Positions 1 to 8,500 of a DNA stretch of 42,906 bases are shown here, piece after piece. The position numbers and the translations under genes are program-made. Under the pieces are notes generated by a model. The model was not told where the DNA came from. It searched no databases and was given only the letters and a program-made list of their open reading frames with translations. The stretch comes from a virus (Duplodnaviria > Caudoviricetes). The DNA lies in IMG/VR virus record IMGVR_UViG_3300032330_000669, positions 1 to 42,906 of that record. The stretch is one strand, 5' to 3'. Every line of letters starts with the position of its first letter. Position 1 is the first letter of the stretch.

Positions 1-1080
1 TAACCAGTCAGCATCATAGGCAATCTGTCGTGACCAAGAAGTCTGACCAAGGGTAGGAACGCTATTCATATCTGTAACATCGTCTGGCGTAGCAGAAGAA
101 ATAGCAACCAGCGGGATGTTTTCAGAAATAGCAAGAAGTTTTAGTTCACGAGAAAGATTCTTCATCTTGACAACTTCATTATCTGTTTTAACATTTGAAG
201 TCATAAGATTTAGATAATCAATAAATACAATGTCTGGATTATACTGATCAATCTTTCCTCTCAGCACACTTGGAGATACCTCTCCAAGACCATCATTAGA
301 GATAATGTTGAGAGATGGCTTTCCGTCAAACGTCTTGTGCATCCACTTCTTGAACATATCCAGTTCTACATCACCCTTGGAAAGTTTACGATGGCTCCAC
401 ATACCCTGACCGATAATAGCAAAGATACGATTACGAACTTCTGCCTCAGTCATTTCCAAAGATACAATTAGCGGCGACTTGCCATTCTTCCAAGCCTGAA
501 CAGCGAGATACAAAGCCATCCAAGATTTACCAATAGCAGGATAAGCCAAAAGTACCCCCAGTTGCCCAGGCGTGATACCCGCTGGGAGGTAGTTATCGAA
601 TCCTGCAAGACCTGTGTAGATTCCATGAACTCCTTCTTCCTGCATCTTCTTAATATTCTCAAAATGAGCAATAGCATCGTCAACATTGGTAACATCAAGA
701 TCTCTTACTGTTGACGTTACCCTTTTAATGTTTGCTGTTTCATTGATTAGATTGTTAAGTGCATCTATTCCTCTACCATTCTGAAGGTCTGATGCAGCAG
801 ATCTAAGCATGAGTTTAATATTATCCTCAAGATATTCCTGCCTCAGTTCCTCAAGATGATGCTTGGTTGCTCCAGTATCAGAGAAATACTCAAAATCTGA
901 AAATTCATTTTTAATAATATTGACTGGCGGAACAGTCTGATTCTGTTCGTAGTAATTCCGAACAAATTCCCAGATATCATTATGAGTACGCAAAAGAGTA
1001 TCTACGTTTGCTTGAAGAAGAACGTGAACTTGCTTATCATTCAGTACCGCTGAAATTGTCTTTGCCTCAACGTTGCTCAC
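1..1080 (-). CDS. dnaB: DnaB-like replicative helicase, C-terminus truncated by the window edge; missing from the ORF track
   Basis: Manual translation from GTG at 1080: MSNVEAKTISAVLNDKQVHVLLQ..., Walker A LAYPAIGKS, SLEMT motif, Walker B PDIVFIDYLNLM, and LSRELKLLA (DnaB H3-like motif). Confidence 0.9.
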   Translation of the reverse strand, partial: MSNVEAKTISAVLNDKQVHVLLQANVDTLLRTHNDIWEFVRNYYEQNQTVPPVNIIKNEFSDFEYFSDTGATKHHLEELRQEYLEDNIKLMLRSAASDLQNGRGIDALNNLINETANIKRVTSTVRDLDVTNVDDAIAHFENIKKMQEEGVHGIYTGLAGFDNYLPAGITPGQLGVLLAYPAIGKSWMALYLAVQAWKNGKSPLIVSLEMTEAEVRNRIFAIIGQGMWSHRKLSKGDVELDMFKKWMHKTFDGKPSLNIISNDGLGEVSPSVLRGKIDQYNPDIVFIDYLNLMTSNVKTDNEVVKMKNLSRELKLLAISENIPLVAISSATPDDVTDMNSVPTLGQTSWSRQIAYDADWL

Positions 1081-1381
1081 TTAGCCACTCCTTTGCCTTT
1101 GCACGCATTTGTGCTCTGAATTCTTTATCTTGGTTATAAGTTTCAGCAGCAACAATTATTTTTTCTACATTATTTGAATACCAAGACCATGTTGGCTTTG
1201 AGTTTACCACAAAGTAGTATTTCATAGCATTGTCAAGTTGATCAAAGGTAAAGGACTCAAGCAATGCATCTGCTGCCCATTGTTCCTTATTCTTATTGAG
1301 ATTAGGCTTAGGCATTCCATTAAGCCTACAATGCTTTTCAAATAGGCTTAGTAAAACAAACCTATCTTTTCGATCTACCAC
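1067..1381 (-). CDS. Hypothetical protein overlapping the helicase start; possible replication accessory
   Basis: 104-aa ORF with AGGAG RBS, overlapping the helicase start; function guessed from position only. Confidence 0.6.
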   Translation of the reverse strand: MVDRKDRFVLLSLFEKHCRLNGMPKPNLNKNKEQWAADALLESFTFDQLDNAMKYYFVVNSKPTWSWYSNNVEKIIVAAETYNQDKEFRAQMRAKAKEWLSEQR

Positions 1382-1389
1382 TTTTCTCC

Positions 1390-1581
1390 TTAAATATAAA
1401 CTGTTAAAGCAAACTGATCTTTGCTATCTTCAAGGACATTGACCGATGCTGCTGAAAACCAATCGGCCTTAACCTCTTCAAGCATCTTAGACATTTGCTT
1501 AAATGCTTCTGCGGGGCTACTTCCATAAGAACAGAGAACTAATGGGTTCTCTGAATGTGCAATATATCTCTTCTTGCTCAT
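1390..1581 (-). CDS. Hypothetical protein
   Basis: 63-aa ORF with ATGA overlap with the upstream gene and GGAGG upstream of the start. Confidence 0.6.
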   Translation of the reverse strand: MSKKRYIAHSENPLVLCSYGSSPAEAFKQMSKMLEEVKADWFSAASVNVLEDSKDQFALTVYI

Positions 1582-1775
1582 GCCAATTCCTCCTTGGCCT
1601 CGTTCAACTTCTCAACAAGTTGAGTCTCTACAAATTGATAAACACGATCTGATGCCTGCTTAGTAGTTTCATCATCTCGTACAAAATCACTTACTTGACA
1701 ATCCAGTCTCAGGGACTGGAAATTTCCTGTATTTAGGGTATACCCAAGTGACCACGAAATCTTAGTTGGCTCCAT
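1578..1775 (-). CDS. Small hypothetical phage protein
   Basis: 65-aa ORF with AAAGGA RBS; LGYTLNTGNFQSLRLD resembles small actinophage proteins (recalled, not searched). Confidence 0.7.
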   Translation of the reverse strand: MEPTKISWSLGYTLNTGNFQSLRLDCQVSDFVRDDETTKQASDRVYQFVETQLVEKLNEAKEELA

Positions 1776-1790
1776 TGAAAATCCTTTCGG

Positions 1791-2333
1791 CTATAGTGTT
1801 TCTGAAAAGACAGGGATAAATTGTCCCTGCTCATTTTTTATATACATCATCATACCATCACCCATTGCATAACGCAACTCTTGTTCAGTAGGAACTTTAT
1901 TATTTGTGACAAGACCATCTTTCCTAGCCTTGCCATGATGAGTTTGTGCCATAAGTTTTCTTGCCTCCATTATAGTATCTTCTGAATAGTATGACAAGTA
2001 ATGCCACGCAACTTGACCCCCAGGCAATTCTCCCACAGGAGGAGGAATTAATCCCCTTTTAACTAATCTTGGCATACTCTTTCTATGATAATTTAATAGT
2101 TGGGCTGTTTCTGTTACAGTAAAAGCACGCTTTCTTTTCTTTTTAAATTCTGCGACAGTAGTTGTCATTGTTATGTCTTTTGTACAGTTATATAATGTGA
2201 CAATTCCAGCAGCACGAGAAGTATGGGTGATTCTAACAAGTTCGCCATTAAGAAACCAAGTCTTTCTTCTTGGCCTTCTTATAGGGACGATATTGTAATC
2301 TTGGCCCTTATTTTCTCCATCAACAGTAGCCAT
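1791..2333 (-). CDS. HTH DNA-binding protein (MerR/excisionase-like HTH)
   Basis: FTVTETAQLLNYHRKSMPRLVKRGLIPPP followed by YYSEDTI fits the MerR-like HTH pattern; AAGGA RBS. Confidence 0.7.
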   Translation of the reverse strand: MATVDGENKGQDYNIVPIRRPRRKTWFLNGELVRITHTSRAAGIVTLYNCTKDITMTTTVAEFKKKRKRAFTVTETAQLLNYHRKSMPRLVKRGLIPPPVGELPGGQVAWHYLSYYSEDTIMEARKLMAQTHHGKARKDGLVTNNKVPTEQELRYAMGDGMMMYIKNEQGQFIPVFSETL

Positions 2334-2473
2334 TGCGCTTCCTTGTCATCCGATCCAAAGTTATGGTGAAATTTTCGGTGCCCACAGCACACGCAAAACA
2401 CTTCTATATGATTTAATGCATTGTAGGCACGATCTACAAACATTCTGCCGCCGCAACGCTTACAGAATAACAT
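2279..2473 (-). CDS. Small zinc-ribbon protein
   Basis: CKRCGG...CVCCGH Cys pairs; -10-like box just upstream of the ATG. Confidence 0.7.
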   Translation of the reverse strand: MLFCKRCGGRMFVDRAYNALNHIEVFCVCCGHRKFHHNFGSDDKEAQWLLLMEKIRAKITISSL

Positions 2474-2481
2474 AACAGTGA

Positions 2482-2490
2482 ATTATATCA
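2482..2490 (-). promoter_or_regulatory. Extended -10 box TGATATAAT, 8 nt before ATG 2473
   Basis: TGATATAAT-TCACTGTT-ATG, no SD. Confidence 0.55.
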
Positions 2491-2931
2491 TGTAGGAATG
2501 CCAATAGCAGTGATGTTTACTGTTGTTGTAACCTGTCCAGCAGAATTGAATTTAATAACTCCTTCTACTGCTGATGTTGTTATTGATCTAATAACAACGG
2601 TAACATTGTCTCCAATATCACTTGTGCCTGTATTAACAACTGTTGCAGTTGCAATGGGCGGATACTTAAAATCTGAAGGATATGAGAATGTAAATGGCTT
2701 AGTCTGACCTTCTGTTACAGATTCATTTAAAACAACATCAACGAATCCAGCAACTATTCTTGTTGCACGAGTTTGAATAGTTTGATTTCCAGCATCTCTA
2801 GTTTTTACTGTTGTATAGTTATATGTTGCTGAAGAAATTTCATTTGAAACGTCGTTAATTGCATTAGCAATTTGATATAAATATGTAACATCTAGCGGTT
2901 GCCCACGATCTGGCAAAGATATTTTTCCCAT
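2488..2931 (-). CDS. Minor tail / tail-tip protein with a beta-sandwich (H-type-lectin/gp53-like) C-terminus
   Basis: FSYPSDFKYPPIATATV...NITAIG pattern; last gene of the tail cluster. Confidence 0.6.
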   Translation of the reverse strand: MGKISLPDRGQPLDVTYLYQIANAINDVSNEISSATYNYTTVKTRDAGNQTIQTRATRIVAGFVDVVLNESVTEGQTKPFTFSYPSDFKYPPIATATVVNTGTSDIGDNVTVVIRSITTSAVEGVIKFNSAGQVTTTVNITAIGIPT

Positions 2932-2937
2932 AAGTTA

Positions 2938-2946
2938 ATTATAGCA
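2938..2946 (-). promoter_or_regulatory. Extended -10 box TGCTATAAT, 6 nt before ATG 2931 (leaderless-type)
   Basis: TGCTATAAT-TAACTT-ATG, no SD. Confidence 0.6.
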
Positions 2947-3438
2947 CTAGGACAATGGCTCATCATATGATGAATACAACAAGAAATTATTTGTAGAACT
3001 ACGAATTACTGGGGTGCCTGGCCTATAAACCTCTATACTAAAATAAGTTTTACCTGTTGGAATTGTAATATTTGCAGATGTGCCAGAAATTCTTGCCAAT
3101 CTTTCCCAGTTACCCAAATCAGGATCTGCATAAGCAGTCGTTCCCCATCTTATCCAAAGATCATAATTATCTAATTTTGTTATAGGATTATCAAAATCTC
3201 CATCTTTAATAACATTGGCATAATTCCAAGAAATTGACAATAGATCTCCAGACCAAGATCCTGTAAGATTTCCTCCTGTAACATCGTAAGATATATTACC
3301 TCCCACAGCATAAATATTACTCCACTCAGAAAATTGATTATTTGAATTCTTTATTAATCTATATCTTAAATAATATAAAGAATCATCGCTATTGGGATAT
3401 GGCAAAGTATTAAATGGAATGGATATCTTTTTTGACAT
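2947..3438 (-). CDS. Putative minor tail protein (FN3-like)
   Basis: YYLRYRL...FSEWS and LSISW...YDLWIRW motifs; TAATG coupling inside the tail operon. Confidence 0.55.
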   Translation of the reverse strand: MSKKISIPFNTLPYPNSDDSLYYLRYRLIKNSNNQFSEWSNIYAVGGNISYDVTGGNLTGSWSGDLLSISWNYANVIKDGDFDNPITKLDNYDLWIRWGTTAYADPDLGNWERLARISGTSANITIPTGKTYFSIEVYRPGTPVIRSSTNNFLLYSSYDEPLS

Positions 3439-4832
3439 TATGATATCCCGAGTGAAAATCTAAAATCTACATAGTTGTTTGCATTAGGAGCAATGATTGC
3501 TGGAGTACCATCGTATTTTACAATAGAGTATCCAGACATTTTGTATATCGGATTATCTGTTGTATTATCAATTCTAAATCCATCAAATGCAACATAGTGC
3601 TGATCAGATGCAACTCCATCGGCAATTGCTTCAACAAAGATTCTGCATAAGCGAGTTTCTGATGAGTTAAAGTCTGTTGAGGTGCGGAACTTTGTGTATG
3701 GCAATAATGAACTGGCTGACTCATTGCTATAATCAACATTTTGATTTTTTGTCCATGATGAAACGTGATATCTACTTGCAGTTAAAACTGATTTAGGAAT
3801 ATATATTTGGACCTTTGCGTAGTTTCCAGATAGATTTGCCTTAGTCTTATAGAATTCCATCATAATTCTTAAATCTGGAACTGACTCTATACCAGTTGAT
3901 GTTTGATCTACCAAAGAGAATGCCAGTTTCAATATATCTGAATTATTATTTCCAGATATATCAAAGTTAATATTTTCAAGTTCAACATATGCACCTGAAG
4001 AAACCCAGTCTCCGTCTATCCCATCGCTAATATCAATATTAGATAAATCTCCCCTAACCATCAATGTCTTGTCAAGATATCTAGGACCTTCTTTTCTTGT
4101 CTGACGAAGATTATTAGAAAATACGGTATCGCTTGTTTTTGCAAAAAATACATCAGAAGTTTCTTGTATATCCAGTTCAGCATCGTGCTCTGCCCCATTA
4201 GCAAGTAAACTGAGATCTGTATTAAAGGGAGGAACAGATGAGATAAAGCCATCATTTTTTTGCCAAGATTGAGAAAAATTAAAAATCATCCTACTATCAT
4301 ATTGTGATGCCAATGTGTTATTTTCAAAAGACCATATTCCAATTTCTGTGGCAGCATATCTATTCTCCTTTACTATTTCTGCTGTCATAGAAACTTTTGT
4401 TCTAATTACAACAATAGATCCAGATGATGGCGCTGAGTTAACGTTCGCATTTATTCTTTGATATTCAATCGTATCAGTCGTTACTGCTGAAACTCTATAT
4501 TCTCCGTTAAATGTTGAATCAATTCCTGAGACAACAATTATCTCTCCCGCCACAATATCGTGATCTGTTGACGTAGTAAGAATTGCAACATTTGAATCAA
4601 TTTGTTTATTTTCAACGGTATATGTAACAGACGCATCAACAAATCCTTTAGAAGAAATAGGGACTCTCAACATTTCAAAGTCCATTCTTTGTTTTGCATG
4701 TAAGTTTGATGGATACTCATCTGTTCCCAACAACGGAGTGGCCCCACAGCCAATAGAAAGATGGGTAGCAAAGGATGGCACCTGACCTAAAAGAAACTTT
4801 GCAATAATCTCTTTGCCATCATTGGTAATCAT
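3438..4832 (-). CDS. Minor tail / baseplate-type protein
   Basis: MITNDGKEIIAKFL...LSIGCG...TEIGIWS resembles tail-collar/baseplate N-termini; carries one inserted beta-module. Confidence 0.65.
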   Translation of the reverse strand: MITNDGKEIIAKFLLGQVPSFATHLSIGCGATPLLGTDEYPSNLHAKQRMDFEMLRVPISSKGFVDASVTYTVENKQIDSNVAILTTSTDHDIVAGEIIVVSGIDSTFNGEYRVSAVTTDTIEYQRINANVNSAPSSGSIVVIRTKVSMTAEIVKENRYAATEIGIWSFENNTLASQYDSRMIFNFSQSWQKNDGFISSVPPFNTDLSLLANGAEHDAELDIQETSDVFFAKTSDTVFSNNLRQTRKEGPRYLDKTLMVRGDLSNIDISDGIDGDWVSSGAYVELENINFDISGNNNSDILKLAFSLVDQTSTGIESVPDLRIMMEFYKTKANLSGNYAKVQIYIPKSVLTASRYHVSSWTKNQNVDYSNESASSLLPYTKFRTSTDFNSSETRLCRIFVEAIADGVASDQHYVAFDGFRIDNTTDNPIYKMSGYSIVKYDGTPAIIAPNANNYVDFRFSLGIS

Positions 4833-5566
4833 ATTTCTCCTATAATTTCAATTGTACCATTTGATAAAATTTCTGCCTCAATTTTTTCATCATCAAGAAC
4901 CTTATCAATTTCTATAACAAGATTACCCTCATCATCAAAATATGGCTCATACATACCTCTTGATAATAAGTCAATCAAGAATCTTGAAAAATAATCTACC
5001 ATAGGAATATTGGAAATAATCTTGTTTGGATCAAAATCTCTTTTTAATTCAGGAAGATTTGTAATGGGGCTATAAATTACCTGTTGTCCATCTATAAGAT
5101 CTGAGCGAGACATGTCGGATAACTCAACTGCCCCCACATCTTCAAAAAGAAGATTTGTTATTAGTTGTATCTCTATATTGTTTTCGTCAAATTGAATAAT
5201 ATCTGATGGCGCAACCTTGAAATTTTTATTTGAAGGCATTGGAGTAAATGTGGGAAGTGCTGGAGTAGCGGATACTGGCGCTGCATTAGTGGGAGACGGT
5301 GCAGGAGACGAAGTGGATGATGGACTTGGACTTCCTCCAGTTGGCGTTGTACCTCCAGTTGGCGTTTCTTTCGATGGGGGACTCGCTGGGGATGGAATAT
5401 ATATTGCATTTGGCAAGTTAGAAACGCTTGGTGGCGGCGCTACTGGCGGGGCGGGACTGTTAGAAATTACAACATTGTCAGACATTTCTGGAGCAATTAC
5501 TGGTGCTGGGTCGTCTACCCAAGAACTAAATGTGCCAAATGCACTAGTATAATTTACCCAAGGCAT
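4829..5566 (-). CDS. Minor tail protein with Pro/Ser/Thr-rich N-terminal region
   Basis: GGAGG RBS, start 1 nt after the upstream stop; low-complexity P/S/T N-half and globular C-half. Confidence 0.65.
   Translation of the reverse strand: MPWVNYTSAFGTFSSWVDDPAPVIAPEMSDNVVISNSPAPPVAPPPSVSNLPNAIYIPSPASPPSKETPTGGTTPTGGSPSPSSTSSPAPSPTNAAPVSATPALPTFTPMPSNKNFKVAPSDIIQFDENNIEIQLITNLLFEDVGAVELSDMSRSDLIDGQQVIYSPITNLPELKRDFDPNKIISNIPMVDYFSRFLIDLLSRGMYEPYFDDEGNLVIEIDKVLDDEKIEAEILSNGTIEIIGEI
5334..5366. repeat. 15-bp direct repeat with 18-bp period (encodes TPTGG twice)
   Basis: cctccagttggcgtt at 5334-5348 and 5352-5366. Confidence 0.85.
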
Positions 5567-5567
5567 C

Positions 5568-8500
5568 TTAAACCTCCGCTAAATATAATGTAGTTTGAAT
5601 TGAACCAGAACTTTTCTGATGCTCTATATTATATACTGCAAATCTTGTTGAACTATTGGCAACAATGTCTACATCGCTACTCTTGTAATTGATATTGACA
5701 ATATCTCCAAGTTGAAGGTGTGGAACTCCAAATGCTGTTACCCCCACGGTTTTTCTTGGTGTAATAACCTTTTTAATAATCCAATCCATCATTGATTCTG
5801 CTGCATCATCTGTTTGCACATATTCTGCCTCTATAGAAAAATCATTTCTTCCGTACTTATTTCTACTATTAAGAACATCGTTATAAAGTTTTTGATATTC
5901 CTCAGCATTATTATATCCAGAGTAAATGGCATTAGTAAAATTACTATTCTTCTTAAAGAAATCATCAACTTTGAGAGAGTGGGTAGTATTTTGTGTAAAT
6001 GCAATTCCTAAAATTCTTAAATAGTTTCCGCTGGTATCATCTAGATTAATATTTTTATCAGCAATATTGAATATAAGAAACTCTGCTCCATAAGATCCAG
6101 CAAGGAATCCTGAAACTGTGTAAGCCTTGACGTTATTCAGTACATCTGCAATTTTTGCATAAAGGGCTGGATATGCTCTATCATATCTGATATTAAAGTA
6201 TGCTGCTTCTCGCATGATGGTTCCAAATTCATCATAATACAACGCATATTGAGGATCTGATTCAGAACTTATTCCTTTGAGATATGTGCTTTGAATAATT
6301 CCGTTGAGTGCATAATTTCTAATTACCTCGTTTTCTGCTGAAATATTATTTTGAGATACTGGAAGTTGTACTCCCTTTGCTACATTCTCAGCAAAATTAT
6401 CAGATAGGGCATAAACATTTTCAAACATGCATCTTGAAGATCCACGAACAAATAAGGCAATGTTGCTATATTCTGGAAGTGGTTCTGAATCATCTACAAT
6501 TGCTATTTGTTTATCGTTTAGGTATAAATAAAATCTTCTTTTGGATGCTATGTTTACATATTCTGCGGAAAGATCGTAAACTGTTTTACCTGTTCCTGCA
6601 ACCATCCTTGATTGACCAGTAAACTTTCCATCATCAACAATGATATCAGTTAAACCTCTCCATAAAATTTGAGGTATGGCTATGGCATCAATTCCAGTAA
6701 CATTTCCTACTGGACTTACTTCTGTTTCACTAACTTCACTTAGAGAAGTAAGTTTATATGATATGGTATTGCTAGTTGTGGAAAATATATCGTATACGCC
6801 ATTAAAAATACTTTCTACATCAGTGACACTTATTTTTTCTCCAGCACTAAAATAATGATTTCTTAAAGTTGTTAGCGTGGCAAGGTTATATGTAACTGGA
6901 TTTCCATCTACTATTTCTGTCACAATTCGACTGTATTTTTTAACAATTTCTGATTTATTAAATCCAAAATTAACTTTATAAAAAAATACATTTGATATTT
7001 GTGTATCTTCATCAAGTGACTTTGATACTATGCCACCGCTAGCGGAACTTGTTGTAAGGGCAACATAGGTGGCGGTGCCAACCTTATCTGATGGTGATCC
7101 AAGATCTGAAGTCGTTTGCACAGTAAATTGATTTTCGTTTGCAGAAGAAATAACGGCATTAGAAATATTGTATCCAGAAGGAGATAATCCAGAAATATTT
7201 ACAAGTTGTCCAGCCCTAAAACTATTGTTTGCAATATATGTAACTGTCCAAGAAGTACCCTCACCAGTTCTATAAAAATCAGTAATATTTGCAGGAGAAC
7301 TTATTCCAGCCATTTTAAATTTAAACTTTTTCCTAGTATTATCAATTTCTGTTACAGTAAACTGACCATTCAATGATGTTGCTGGAGCAGTTTTCCTACT
7401 GTCATCTATGGCTCCAGTAACGGAAATCTGTGTTCCTATTTCAAAATCATGCTGAGATGTAAGAGTAACAGTGACTGTATCCGCTGTACAACTAATTCCA
7501 TTTGCAACCTTTGCAATACTGTAAGAATCTGCATTAGAATTATTTTTAAAGTTTGTTATATTGTTTTCTGACAAAGCCATTATCTCGTAGTAGTATCCAA
7601 TGTTAGTATCTTTATTTAAATTAAATGCCATTCCACCACTACCACCTGAAATAAAAGTCTGCTTATTTGGATCTGAAGAAATTATTTGATTTGATGGGTA
7701 AGGATTGAATGCCCCTTGTGGAGTTTGCCCACTATTATTTTTAGATTGAACCTCTCCAATAACTCTCATCCTTGTTCCAAAATGCTTATATGGCTTATCA
7801 AGTTGCTTATATGTATAAGAAATAAAGTTTGCAGGATCAATTTCTGAGGGTAGGTCTGGTCCGTCAAATATTAAAGCAGATGATTGAACTGATCCAGATA
7901 GGGCGCTCTTATAATAATTAACATCATTTTCTGTAATATTTGTATTTGCCATAAAATTTTTGATTATGCCGTTGCGAGAAGACTTTTTTGCATAAGATAG
8001 CGCAGTATATCTTTGCCCATTAATAGATCTAATATTTCCAGCACTGTATGGAGAATCTGCATATTGTTGTTCTGGTGTGCCAATATTTAAACTGAGTGAT
8101 CCCATCGTATGAACAAGATTTTCATCATTATAAGCAATTATCTTATTAGTATTAAATAGGTATTCTTGTGCATTTTGAATTGACCCTCTTAAATTATCTG
8201 GGCTAACCCAAGATGAATCGACGCCAATACCTGCTTGATGCTCTACTATGTTTGTTGAGAATTGACCACGACCATGTTCTTTTACAGTAGTTCCCTGAAC
8301 ATCTGTATATATCCTAACCCTTCCCGTTGGGTACATTTTTCCATTAAATTTTAATTTACTAAAATATTTTTGATATTGTTGATTATTATTAATCCAGATA
8401 TTGCCCACCCCAGCAATAGAATATTCCACGGCATCATATCTAATTATTTCGCTATTAGCATAAAAATATCCAGAATAGTTCCCAAGCCAATATACGCTTT

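Noticed and set aside
468-698. 76-aa minus-strand ORF
   Set aside because: Out-of-frame ORF inside the DnaB helicase, which has clear motifs.
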